Below the pieces are notes generated by a model. The model was not told the origin of the DNA, did no database searches, and saw only the letters and a program-made list of their open reading frames with translations. Positions 8,894 through 18,339 of a stretch of 64,000 nt of DNA are shown piece by piece. The position numbers and the translations under genes were made by a program. The stretch's first letter is position 1. Each line of letters begins with the position of its first letter. The DNA is from an uncultured Collinsella sp. (GTDB lineage: Bacteria; Actinomycetota; Coriobacteriia; Coriobacteriales; Coriobacteriaceae). The stretch lies in assembly GCA_938023085.1 (NCBI GenBank), contig CALHDP010000164.1:1725-65724 (forward strand), given 5' to 3'.

Positions 8894-10336
8894 GTGCTTA
8901 ATAGATTCCGTATCCTTGTCGCCTGTGCTTTAACCTTCACGCTTTGCTGGGTGCCGGGATTTGCGTTTGCTGGAGACGCTGAGGATGGAGCTCAGGTTGC
9001 TGCGACCGCCCATGGGCTTTCCTATGGGATCGAGGGTTTTGAGCGGTTGGCCAAGGGGACCGCTCGTGCCATGGAGGGCCAGCCTGAGGGCTACCGGTTT
9101 CCCGTTGACGAGGACGTGGACCTTGTAGTGGCGCCTGCTGCCGATCGCGTTGTGGTGTGGATATCGCCCAAGGCGGTCGAGAAGTATGGATTGGATCCGC
9201 AGGACAACGAGTGCGTATCGGGTCTCAAGGCCCTCGTCTGTGAGCTCGACAGCGTAAACTGCATGGGAGGTGCGCAGCTAGGGGACGTGGATCTTCCTTG
9301 GTATGTCACGGCGGAAACAACGTTTGACGCCGGCGGGTATACCTATGGCTTTGACGAGCGCGGTGCGGATGGGGACCGCTATGTGGTGATTGCATCGGCC
9401 TCGGGTGATGCCAAGGGCGGCGCGCGTTGGCTTGATAGCGCTCAAATGGTAGAGGCATCGTCTGTCGTGTTGCGGGATGAGCAGGGGCCCTTGACCTCTC
9501 TGACTTCCTTTTTGGGCGACATCGACTATCGCCCGTTTTGGGTGTCTATCAAAACGAGCGGCCTCGCCCTAGTGATTGCCTTTGCACTGGGCCTGTTTGC
9601 CTCGTGGAAGACTATGGGTACCTCGAGTCGCATCAAGGGCCTGCTCGATTCGGTCTTTACGATTCCTATGGTGCTGCCGCCCACGGTCTGCGGCTTTTTG
9701 CTCCTCATGCTGTTTGGCCGCTCGACCGGGGTGGGCCGGTGGCTCATCGCGCACGGCATCTCGATCGTCTTTACCTGGCCCGCGGCGGTCATTTCGGCCG
9801 TCGTTGTGTCGTTTCCGCTGGTCTACCGCACGGCGCTCGGAGCCTTCGAGAGCCTCGACACGCAGATGCTCGATGCGGCGCGCACGCTTGGCTGGTCCGA
9901 GCGTCGCATCTTTACCAAGCTTATGATGTCGCTTGGCTGGCCCTCGATTGCCGCCGGCACGGTGCTCGCCTTCGCGCGTGCCATGGGCGAGTTTGGCTGC
10001 ACCCTGTTCTTTGCGGGCAACTACGCCGGCATTACCCAGACCATCCCCATCGCCATCTACTTTGAGTGGATGGGCGGCAACACGTCGGTGGCCCTCTTTT
10101 GGGTCGTGGTCGTAATTGCGTTCAGTTTCCTGGTCATCCTATTCATCAACATGTACACGGCGCATTCGCAAAAGTATCGCGAGCGCGGCCTGTCCCGCGC
10201 GGAGCGCAAGCAGGCCAAGCAGCTGGGCGGCCAGACCGATTCGCTCGACCCAGTCGGCGGAGATGCGCTGCGTATCGATCGCGAGGCGTTGGCCGAGCTT
10301 ATGCGCGATGACACGGTCGCAAAGGGAGGTCGATAA
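8894..10336 (+). CDS. modB: Molybdate ABC transporter permease with long N-terminal extension
   Basis: C-terminal half has PMVLPPTVCGF, DAARTLG and LAFARAMGEFG; N-terminal ~215 aa starts with a signal-peptide-like segment; start codon uncertain. Confidence 0.85.
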   Translation: MLNRFRILVACALTFTLCWVPGFAFAGDAEDGAQVAATAHGLSYGIEGFERLAKGTARAMEGQPEGYRFPVDEDVDLVVAPAADRVVVWISPKAVEKYGLDPQDNECVSGLKALVCELDSVNCMGGAQLGDVDLPWYVTAETTFDAGGYTYGFDERGADGDRYVVIASASGDAKGGARWLDSAQMVEASSVVLRDEQGPLTSLTSFLGDIDYRPFWVSIKTSGLALVIAFALGLFASWKTMGTSSRIKGLLDSVFTIPMVLPPTVCGFLLLMLFGRSTGVGRWLIAHGISIVFTWPAAVISAVVVSFPLVYRTALGAFESLDTQMLDAARTLGWSERRIFTKLMMSLGWPSIAAGTVLAFARAMGEFGCTLFFAGNYAGITQTIPIAIYFEWMGGNTSVALFWVVVVIAFSFLVILFINMYTAHSQKYRERGLSRAERKQAKQLGGQTDSLDPVGGDALRIDREALAELMRDDTVAKGGR

Positions 10337-10339
10337 GCC

Positions 10340-11410
10340 ATGTCGCTCGTTCTGGATATCAAAAAGCGCTATCCCGGCTTTACTCTCGATATTCAGCTCG
10401 AGGCTGGCGAGGAGCGCGTGGCGCTGCTGGGTGCCTCGGGTTGTGGCAAGAGCTGTACGCTGCGCTGCATTGCCGGCGTGGAGACGCCCGACGAGGGCAA
10501 GATCGTCGTCAACGGTGTGACCTTTTTTGACTCGTCGGCGGGCATCAACCTGTCGCCCCAGGAGCGCAAATGCGCCCTGCTGTTCCAAAACTATCAGCTC
10601 TTTCCCAACATGACGGTGGCCGATAACGTATGCGCCGGTGTAAAGGATGCGGGCGACGCCGTGGCGCGCAAAAGGCTGGCCGAGCGCTATCTGGGCATTT
10701 TCGGTCTAGCCGATTTTGCCGACCGCTACCCCGCGCGACTCTCGGGCGGGCAGCAGCAACGCGTGGCGCTTGCCCGTATGGTGGCGGCGCATCCGGGCAT
10801 TTTTATGCTCGATGAGCCCATGAGCGCGCTCGATTCCTATCTTAAGAGCGCCCTCGAACAGAACATGCTCGACCTGTTCGATGTATGCAACCGCACCGTG
10901 CTTTACGTGAGCCACGACATTGACGAAGCGTGCCGCCTGTGCCAGCGCATCTGCGTGATGCACGACGGGCATGTTGAGGAGATCGGCTCCGTCGAGGACG
11001 TGGTCCGCCGTCCGCAGACGCTGGCGGCACTGCGCCTGACGGGCTGCAAGAACACAAGCCGGGCGCGTAAGATCGGCGACGAAGAAGTTGAGGCCCTCGA
11101 CTGGGGTATGACCTTTAACGTGGGTCGCGAGGTTCCCGATAATGTGGCGTACCTGGGCATTCGCGCAAGCTACTTCCATGTTGACAATCGCGCTGAGCGG
11201 GGCCGCAACAGCTATGACTTGCACGTGGCCCGAGTGAGCGATTCGCGCTTTGAGCGCCTGGTGCTGCTGGACGTGCCGCGTGCTGATGCGCCCACGCGTC
11301 TGCAGTGGAAGGTCAACAAGGTGGGCATGCCTGTCGACGAGCTGCCGCAAGCAGGCGAGACGCTGCGCATGCATTTTGATGCCAGCAGGATCCATTTGGT
11401 TTGTCGATAG
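10340..11410 (+). CDS. modC: Molybdate ABC transporter ATP-binding subunit
   Basis: Walker [30 protein letters not shown]; follows modAB. Confidence 0.9.
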   Translation: MSLVLDIKKRYPGFTLDIQLEAGEERVALLGASGCGKSCTLRCIAGVETPDEGKIVVNGVTFFDSSAGINLSPQERKCALLFQNYQLFPNMTVADNVCAGVKDAGDAVARKRLAERYLGIFGLADFADRYPARLSGGQQQRVALARMVAAHPGIFMLDEPMSALDSYLKSALEQNMLDLFDVCNRTVLYVSHDIDEACRLCQRICVMHDGHVEEIGSVEDVVRRPQTLAALRLTGCKNTSRARKIGDEEVEALDWGMTFNVGREVPDNVAYLGIRASYFHVDNRAERGRNSYDLHVARVSDSRFERLVLLDVPRADAPTRLQWKVNKVGMPVDELPQAGETLRMHFDASRIHLVCR

Positions 11411-11840
11411 CGTCGGGTAATGCTGTCGGGGATATAAGCCTCGGTGGCTTTGTTTTTGCCGTTCGCCAAATGAGGGATGACAAACTCTTATCAATCAAGA
11501 TAATAATTTATTAAACGACGGCACACGACGCTGTCGTACGAATGTCAACGGTGTTCGCATGGTCGATGACCGTTGATATAGTTAACCTCAACTTGTAAAG
11601 GAGGGTGCGCACATGCCGCAGACGACATACATTCGCCGCGTTGCCGCGCGCGCCCTGTATATGGCTCGGAGTCGCATATGAGCGGGTATGTTCACGGCTC
11701 CGGGAGAGACGACGCACAACTAAATAATCGACCGCAAAGCAGGTTCCCCAAAATTCCGGGTTTAGGCGCGGCTGGGTTTTCGCCACCCACCGTGCAGCAA
11801 TACCGTAGCTATTCAATTTTGGTTCGAGAGGGGAACCGTC

Positions 11841-13124
11841 ATGGCTGAAGAATTTGATTTCCATCCGATGTGGGAGAGCCTCGGCATGAATCTTGCCGAC
11901 CACGATATGCTGCTGGGCGCCGTGGGCCAGATGTACGGCGATATGTTCCTGACGCAGAACAATCGCCCCAAGTCCACGTCCTACCTGGACTTTGTGGCCA
12001 CCAACATCCACAGCGGCCGTATAAAGGAGATGCTCGACAAGAAGGAAGCCGGCGAGGCCACCAAGATCGTCGGTTCGTTCTGCGTCTATGTGCCCGAGGA
12101 GATTGTGCTCGCCTGCGACGGTATCCCCGTTGGTCTGTGCTCTGGTGCCGATTGGGCAACCGATAAGGTCGAGGAGCACCTGCCGCGCAACACCTGTCCG
12201 CTTATTAAGAGCTTTGCCGGCTTTAAGCTGGGCGAGGTCTGCCCCTACATCGAGTCGAGCGACCTGGTGGTAGGCGAGAACACCTGCGATGGCAAGAAGA
12301 AAGCCTACGAGTTCTTTGCAACGCAAAAGAACATGTACGTCATGGATATTCCCAACGTACACGACGAGTCGACGCTCGTGACCTGGAAGGCCGAGGTCAA
12401 GAAGCTCGCCGCCAAGATCGAGGACGAGTGCGACGTCAAGATTACGCCTGAGCGTCTGAAGGCCGCCATCCACGCCGTCAATGAGAAGCGTCGCGCCCTG
12501 CAGCGCCTCGCTGCCACGCGCGCTGCCGACCCGGCGCCCATCAGCGGTCTCGACAGCCTGCTGACCGTTCAGGCCGCCTTTATGGACGACACGCTGCGTC
12601 TGACCGGAGCCATTAACGATATGGCGGCTGAGTGCGAGCAGCGTGTCGAGGCCGGCGAGGGCGTGGCGCCCAAGGGGACCAAGCGCATCCTGTACACCGG
12701 TACGCCCATGGCCGTGCCCAACTGGAAGCTGTTCAACCTCATCGAGAAGGCCGGCGGCGTTGTGGTGGGCGAGGAGTCCTGCACGGGTTCGCGCTATTAC
12801 AAGGACTTGGTCGATGAGTCCGGTGAGACGGTTGCCGAGATGCTCGACGCCATCGCCGAGCGCTACTTTAAGATCAACTGCGCCGTCTTTACGCCCAACG
12901 ACCAGCGTATGAAGGACATTGTCCAGATGGCCAAGGACCTGCATGCCGACGGTATCGTCGACGTGGCCCTGCAGTTCTGCACGCTCTACGAGATGGAGTC
13001 GTTTGCCGTGGAGAAGGCCGCCGAAGAGGCCGGCATTCCGTTTATGCACATCACGACCGACTACGCCGGCGAGGATGCAGGCCAACTGCAAACCAGGATT
13101 GAGGCTTTCTTGGAAACCATTTAG
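11841..13124 (+). CDS. 2-hydroxyacyl-CoA dehydratase (HgdB)-family / double-cubane-cluster anaerobic reductase, paralog 1
   Basis: FCVYVPEE, GLC, NTCPLIKS, ENTCDGKKK, ESCTG, INCAVFTPN, QFC, GQLQTRIEAFLE. Confidence 0.85.
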   Translation: MAEEFDFHPMWESLGMNLADHDMLLGAVGQMYGDMFLTQNNRPKSTSYLDFVATNIHSGRIKEMLDKKEAGEATKIVGSFCVYVPEEIVLACDGIPVGLCSGADWATDKVEEHLPRNTCPLIKSFAGFKLGEVCPYIESSDLVVGENTCDGKKKAYEFFATQKNMYVMDIPNVHDESTLVTWKAEVKKLAAKIEDECDVKITPERLKAAIHAVNEKRRALQRLAATRAADPAPISGLDSLLTVQAAFMDDTLRLTGAINDMAAECEQRVEAGEGVAPKGTKRILYTGTPMAVPNWKLFNLIEKAGGVVVGEESCTGSRYYKDLVDESGETVAEMLDAIAERYFKINCAVFTPNDQRMKDIVQMAKDLHADGIVDVALQFCTLYEMESFAVEKAAEEAGIPFMHITTDYAGEDAGQLQTRIEAFLETI

Positions 13125-13139
13125 GACTATTCGTCCCGG

Positions 13140-13240
13140 CGGCTCCCCAGGCACCCGATCTTGCCGTTCAAACCGTCGCCTGCGAATCAAAGTACGCGGC
13201 GCTCCTCTTTCACGGCAACCTCGGGCACCTGGGAAAGCCG
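13140..13240. repeat. ~100-bp structured palindromic element, family B, copy 1
   Basis: Nested inverted repeats around core TCAAACCGTCGC...AAAGTACGC.GCGCTCCTCTTT, homologous to 14436-14544. Confidence 0.8.
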
Positions 13241-13277
13241 TTTCCTTGGTTGATTAAAAGGTTTGTTAAGGAGTTAT

Positions 13278-14441
13278 ATGTCGGAAAATATTGAGCAGCC
13301 GTTGCCGTCCACGTTTGAGGAGTTCAACGAGCAACGCAAGGCGGCGTTTATTCGCGTCAAGGATTACAAACAGGCCGGCAATCGCCTGGTCGGCTTTTTG
13401 TGCAGCTATACGCCGCTCGAGATTATCGATGCCGCGGGGGCTGCGAGCGTGGCGCTGTGCGGTACGTCCGATGAGGTGATTCCCGAGGCCGAGAAGGTGC
13501 TGCCGGCAAATCTTTGTCCGCTCATCAAGTCGACGTACGGTTTTGCCTATTCGCAAAAGTGCCCGTTTACGTACTTTAGCGACATGATCATCGGCGAGAC
13601 CACCTGTGACGGCAAGAAGAAGATGTACGAGCTACTCAACGAGCTCAAGCGTACGCACATTCTGCATCTTCCGCAGGGCCGCGACCGCGCCTACGAGCGC
13701 GAGGGCTGGTACGAGGAGTGCCGCCTGCTCAAGGAGGAGCTCGAGGGCTTCTACGGCATCACGATTACCGACGATGACCTGCGCGCTGCCGTCCGTCGTC
13801 GCAACCGCTTGCGTGCGGCCCAGCTCGAGATGTTTGCGCTGCAGGCCAACCAGCCGGCGGCCATGAGCGGCGTCGACCTGATGAGCACCATGTTTGCCGG
13901 TACGTTTAGTTTTGATATCGAGGCCTATACGCAGCAGCTGGAGCAAAAGGTTGCCAAGCTGCGCGAGGCCTACGACGCGGGCGAGCGCCCGGTTGCGGCG
14001 GATGCCAAGCGCATTCTGATCACCGGCTGCCCGGTGGGCGGTGTGATCAACAAGATCGGTCGCACCATCGAGTCCAACGGCGGCGTGGTCGTTTGCATGG
14101 ACGACTGCTCGGGCGAGCGTACGGCGGCCATGATGATCGACCCGGAGGCTCCCGACATCCTGCGCGCCATCGCCGACCGCTACCTGGATATCAACTGCTC
14201 GGTCATGACGCCCAACGACGGTCGTATGGACAACACCCTGGCCATGTGCGAGAAATACCACGTCGACGGTGTGGTGGAGAATGTGCTCCAGGCGTGCCAC
14301 ACCTTTAACGTGGAGAGTGCGCGCATGCAGGAGGCTGTCGAGGGTGCGGGTATTCCGTGCATGAAGATCGAGACCGATTACAGCAACGGCGACATGGGCC
14401 AGATCGAGACCAGCATCGCCGCCTTCATCGAAACCCTCTAG
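13278..14441 (+). CDS. Double-cubane-cluster anaerobic reductase (HgdB family), paralog 2
   Basis: LCSYTPLE, ALCG, NLCPLIKS, ETTCDGKKK, DDCSG, INCSVMTPN, QACHTF; AAGGAG RBS. Confidence 0.85.
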   Translation: MSENIEQPLPSTFEEFNEQRKAAFIRVKDYKQAGNRLVGFLCSYTPLEIIDAAGAASVALCGTSDEVIPEAEKVLPANLCPLIKSTYGFAYSQKCPFTYFSDMIIGETTCDGKKKMYELLNELKRTHILHLPQGRDRAYEREGWYEECRLLKEELEGFYGITITDDDLRAAVRRRNRLRAAQLEMFALQANQPAAMSGVDLMSTMFAGTFSFDIEAYTQQLEQKVAKLREAYDAGERPVAADAKRILITGCPVGGVINKIGRTIESNGGVVVCMDDCSGERTAAMMIDPEAPDILRAIADRYLDINCSVMTPNDGRMDNTLAMCEKYHVDGVVENVLQACHTFNVESARMQEAVEGAGIPCMKIETDYSNGDMGQIETSIAAFIETL

Positions 14442-14544
14442 CTTCCTCAGGCGCCGGATCTTGCTCCTCAAACCGTCGCTTGCGTACCCAAAGTACGCTG
14501 CGCTCCTCTTTCGGGGCAATCTCCGGCACCTGAGAAACCTAGAG
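14436..14544. repeat. Structured palindromic element, family B, copy 2
   Basis: Same core as 13140-13240 with compensatory stem changes. Confidence 0.8.
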
Positions 14545-14596
14545 CTAAGGCGCCTGAACGCGCCGCTACCTTTGATGTTTAGATTGGAAGAGAGCC

Positions 14597-15361
14597 ATGA
14601 TAGGGATCGGGATCGATATCGGGTCTACGGCGGCTAAGGCTGCTGTGGTCGACGGGGAGGGTTCGGTGGCGTGGACGTGCGTGCAGCCAACCGGGTTCTC
14701 CTCGGTCGATGCTTCCGAGCGGCTGCGCGAGGCACTGGTAGCGGCCGGCTATGACGTGACGGCCGAAGATGCTCGCGTGGTCGCGACTGGCTACGGCCGT
14801 GTTGCCGTGCCCTATGCGCACAAGGTCGTGACCGAGATCACCTGCCACGGCACCGGTGCCGTGCGTCTGTTTGGTGACCATGGCACCGTGATCGATGTGG
14901 GTGGTCAGGACACCAAGGTCATCCAGCTTAAAGGCGGCCGCGTGGCCAAATTTGCCATGAACGACAAGTGCGCCGCCGGCACGGGGCGCTTTTTGGAGAT
15001 CATGGCCGACCGCCTGGGCATTACCCAGCAGCAGATGGCAGACCTCGCCCGCACCGGCGAGCCTACCAAGATTTCCAGCATGTGCACGGTGTTTGCCGAA
15101 AGCGAGGTCATCAGCCTGATCGGTCGCGGCGAGCCGCGCGAGAACATTGCGCGTGGCGTGATCGACAGCGTGGTCTCGCGCGTGGCGACCATGGCCGGGC
15201 AGGCCGCGGGCGCTCCATACTACCTGACCGGTGGCCTGTGCGAGAATGCCTTCGTGGTGGAGCGGTTGGGCGAGCTACTGGGGTCGCCGGTGACCACCTC
15301 GCCCCAGGCTCGCTTTGCCGGTGCCATCGGCGCGGCGATTCGCGCCGCCGCCTTGGCCTAG
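14597..15361 (+). CDS. ATP-dependent [4Fe-4S] activase (HgdC/BadF ASKHA family; DCCP reductase-like)
   Basis: GIDIGST, ATGYGR, TEITCH, IDVGGQDTK, MNDKCAAGTGRFLE, SSMCTVFAESE. Confidence 0.92.
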   Translation: MIGIGIDIGSTAAKAAVVDGEGSVAWTCVQPTGFSSVDASERLREALVAAGYDVTAEDARVVATGYGRVAVPYAHKVVTEITCHGTGAVRLFGDHGTVIDVGGQDTKVIQLKGGRVAKFAMNDKCAAGTGRFLEIMADRLGITQQQMADLARTGEPTKISSMCTVFAESEVISLIGRGEPRENIARGVIDSVVSRVATMAGQAAGAPYYLTGGLCENAFVVERLGELLGSPVTTSPQARFAGAIGAAIRAAALA

Positions 15362-15375
15362 GGGTGTACCGCGAC

Positions 15376-16605
15376 ATGCGCATCCTCAATATCTCGGCAC
15401 AAAAACCAGATAGCACCGGCAGCGGCACCTACCTTGCCGCGCTCGTGCGCGAACAGATCGAGACGGGGCATCGCGCCGCCGTGCTTTGCGGCGCGGCTCC
15501 GGGTGATACCCAAGGCGAGCTGGACCGACGTGCTGCCGTGTTTGCCGTACCGTTCGAGTCGCCCGAGCTGCCGTTTCCCATCTGCGGTATGTCCGATGTC
15601 ATGCCCTATCCCTCTACACGCTATCGTGATCTGACGCCTTCGATGCTCAAGGCATTTGAGCGGGCATTTGCTGCTGCAATCGATCGGGCGGTGGCTGAGT
15701 TTCGGCCCGATCTGGTGCTCTGCCATCACCTGTATCTGGTGACCGCATTGGCGCGCGAGTGTGTCCGGGGCGTGCCGGTTGTTGCCGTGTGCCATTCGAC
15801 CGACCTGCGCCAGCTGCGTTCGCATGCGCTCGAGCGCGATCGCATCGTAAGTGCGGTTCGTCGGCTCGATGCCGTCTTTGCGCTCCATGCTGAGCAGGCT
15901 GAGCAGATTAGCCTGGTGTGCGGCGTCGATACCGATCGCATCCACGTGATTGGGACGGGCTACGACCATCGCGTCTTCTGTCGCGACGCAAGCGTGGCGA
16001 GGCAGCCGGGATCGCTTGTGTACGTGGGCAAGATTTGCTTTAAAAAGGGCGTCGAGTCGCTGGTTCGAGCCGTGTCATTGCCGATTGACGATGGCGTCCG
16101 CCCATCTGGCTTGGTACTTGTGGGCGGCCGCGGGGACGATGCCGAGTACGCGCGTATCGAGCGCTTGACCGCGGCCTCGGATGTGCCGGTGACGCTGGCG
16201 GGGCGCCTGGATAGCGATGAGCTCGTGCGTGCCTACCGCAGTTCCGACGTTTTTGTGCTGCCTTCGTTTTACGAGGGTCTGCCGCTCGTGACGATTGAGG
16301 CCCTCGCGTGCGGCTGCAAAGTTGTGGCGACCGATTTGCCCGGCGTTCGTCCCTGGATGGAGGCGATGCTTCCCGGTGCTCCCGTGACGTGGGTGGCGTC
16401 GCCGCGTATGACGGATGTCGACACGCCCGTGGCGGCCGACCTTCCGTTGTTTGAGCGCGCACTGGCAGATGCTATCGCGCAGGCGCTTGCGGCTCCGCCT
16501 TCGACGTTCGAGCCGTCGGCGGTCTCTTGGGAAGCGTGCCTGGCGCGTATACTTAAAGTCGTTGATTTGTTGGAAGGGAGGTTCGTATGGCTAAGGACAC
16601 CATGA
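15376..16605 (+). CDS. Glycosyltransferase family 4 (GT-B)
   Basis: YVGKI..KKG and DVFVLPSFYEGLPLVTIEALACG (EX7E motif); N-terminus MRILNISAQKPDSTGSG. Confidence 0.88.
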   Translation: MRILNISAQKPDSTGSGTYLAALVREQIETGHRAAVLCGAAPGDTQGELDRRAAVFAVPFESPELPFPICGMSDVMPYPSTRYRDLTPSMLKAFERAFAAAIDRAVAEFRPDLVLCHHLYLVTALARECVRGVPVVAVCHSTDLRQLRSHALERDRIVSAVRRLDAVFALHAEQAEQISLVCGVDTDRIHVIGTGYDHRVFCRDASVARQPGSLVYVGKICFKKGVESLVRAVSLPIDDGVRPSGLVLVGGRGDDAEYARIERLTAASDVPVTLAGRLDSDELVRAYRSSDVFVLPSFYEGLPLVTIEALACGCKVVATDLPGVRPWMEAMLPGAPVTWVASPRMTDVDTPVAADLPLFERALADAIAQALAAPPSTFEPSAVSWEACLARILKVVDLLEGRFVWLRTP

Positions 16606-17636
16606 GGCTCACGTCTATGACGGCCGCGAGCGGTTGAGCCGCTAAGTTGGCTCCCGGAGCCCTCGCCCAGGTCCTGGGCGATTTACCCAATGTGCATAAC
16701 GACAACTTGCTCGTGGGGTTCGATACCTCCGACGATGCGAGCGTCTTTCGCGTTGGCGATAACTTGGGTCTCGTGCAGTCCATCGTCTTCTTCCCGCCGA
16801 TGGTCGACGACCCGTTTCTATTTGGCCAGATTGCCGCGGCCAACTCGCTGTCGGACATCTACGCCATGGGCGGGCGGCCGAGCCATGCCATGAACCTGCT
16901 GTGCATTCCCAGTTGCCTGGGAGTTGAGGTTGCCGGCGAAATTCTGGCGGGCGGCGCCGACAAGTGCGTCGAGGCGGGTTGCTCCATCGCGGGCGGCCAC
17001 ACCATCAACGACGACGAGCCCAAGTACGGTCTGTCTGTGAGCGGTTTTGTGCCACTAGACCGTATGCTCGCCAACAGCGGCGCTCGCGTGGGCGATGCGT
17101 TGCTGCTGACCAAGGCGATCGGCTCGGGCATCATCACCACGGCCATTAAGGGCGATCTCATCGAGCAGGGCGAGGCTGGTCCGATGTTTGACTCGATGCG
17201 CTCCCTCAACGAAGCGCCGATTCGTCTGGCCGAGGGACTTGAGCTTCACGGCTGCACCGATGTCACGGGCTTTGGTCTGATCGGGCACGCGTGCGAGATG
17301 GCCGAGGGCTCGGGCGTGCAGGTTGAGCTTGCGTCGGGGGCGGTGCCGCTCTTTGATCAAGTGCTCGACATGGCGCGTCTGGGCATTATCCCCGCGGGCT
17401 CCTACCGCAACCAGGACTTCTTTGGCCCGCGCGTGGCTGCCGACGAGGATCTGGAGCCGGGCATGCTGGATGCGCTGTACGATCCGCAGACGTCTGGTGG
17501 CCTACTCATCGCGGCACCTGCTGCCGATGTTGATGAGCTTGCGTGCCGTCTACATGCTGAAGGACGTATCGCCGCCGTCGTCGGTCGCGTGTGCGTGCCG
17601 GTGCCAGGTGGTCCTGCCGTTCGCGTTGTCCGTTAA
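16587..17636 (+). CDS. selD: Selenophosphate synthetase (selenide, water dikinase); selenoprotein with Sec17 at UGA 16635-16637
   Basis: GGAGG RBS, ATG 16587, in frame SG-TGA-AAK (G-U-x-x-K) joining the ORF with DDASV, AANSLSDIYAMGG, GGHT, TDVTGFGL, DPQTSGGLL. Confidence 0.95.
16663..16681 (+). promoter_or_regulatory. Putative SECIS hairpin of selD
   Basis: TCGCCCAG-GTC-CTGGGCGA perfect 8-bp stem starting 26 nt after the UGA, GGUC at the apex. Confidence 0.65.
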
Positions 17637-17693
17637 CGACACGTTTATTGAGCTCTGTACCGTTCTAAACCGATTTATTCGAAAGGAAAAACT

Positions 17694-18320
17694 ATGTCTA
17701 CCAAAATTGAAGTCAATGCCATGGGCGATGCCTGCCCGCTGCCCGTCGTCAAGACGCTTAAGGCACTCAAACAGCTTAATGGCGAGGGCGCCGTGGTGAC
17801 CTCGGTCGACAACGAGACCGCCGTCAAGAACATCTCCAAGATGGCACAGGAAAAGGGCTGCACGGCCTCGGTCGAGAAGGTTTCTGACGCCGAGTGGCAC
17901 GTGACCTTGGCGACCTCTGGCGCCGTTGCCGTTGCGGACCCCGAGCAGGATGGCGCTGCCTTCTGTGATGCCAGCGCCGGCAAGGGCAAGCTCGTCATTT
18001 CCGTCTACACCGATTGCATGGGCCGTGGCGACGACGAGCTGGGCCACAAGCTCATGAAGGCCTTCATCTTTGCCGTGACGCAGCAGGAGGAGCTGCCCGC
18101 GACCATGCTGTTCTACAACGGCGGCGCCAAGCTCACCGTCGAGGGCTCTCCGGTGCTCGACGACCTGAAGGGCCTGGCCGAGCAGGGCGTCGAGATCCTC
18201 ACCTGCGGCACCTGCCTCGATCACTATGGCATTAAGGACCAGCTGGCGGTGGGCGAGGTCACCAACATGTACGTGATCGTGGAGAAGATGGAGCAGGCCG
18301 TGCGCGTTGTGCGCCCGTAG
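17694..18320 (+). CDS. yedF: Sulfurtransferase-like selenium metabolism protein (TusA/SirA + DsrE domains)
   Basis: GDACPLPVVKT, MGRGDDELG..LM, FYNGG, TCGTCLDHY, GEVTNMY. Confidence 0.88.
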   Translation: MSTKIEVNAMGDACPLPVVKTLKALKQLNGEGAVVTSVDNETAVKNISKMAQEKGCTASVEKVSDAEWHVTLATSGAVAVADPEQDGAAFCDASAGKGKLVISVYTDCMGRGDDELGHKLMKAFIFAVTQQEELPATMLFYNGGAKLTVEGSPVLDDLKGLAEQGVEILTCGTCLDHYGIKDQLAVGEVTNMYVIVEKMEQAVRVVRP

Positions 18321-18339
18321 CGTATTGGTTGGAGTTGCC

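Noticed and set aside
16647..17636. selD as an N-terminally truncated protein starting at 16647
   Set aside because: Upstream RBS, ATG and in-frame UGA restore the catalytic U-x-x-K motif
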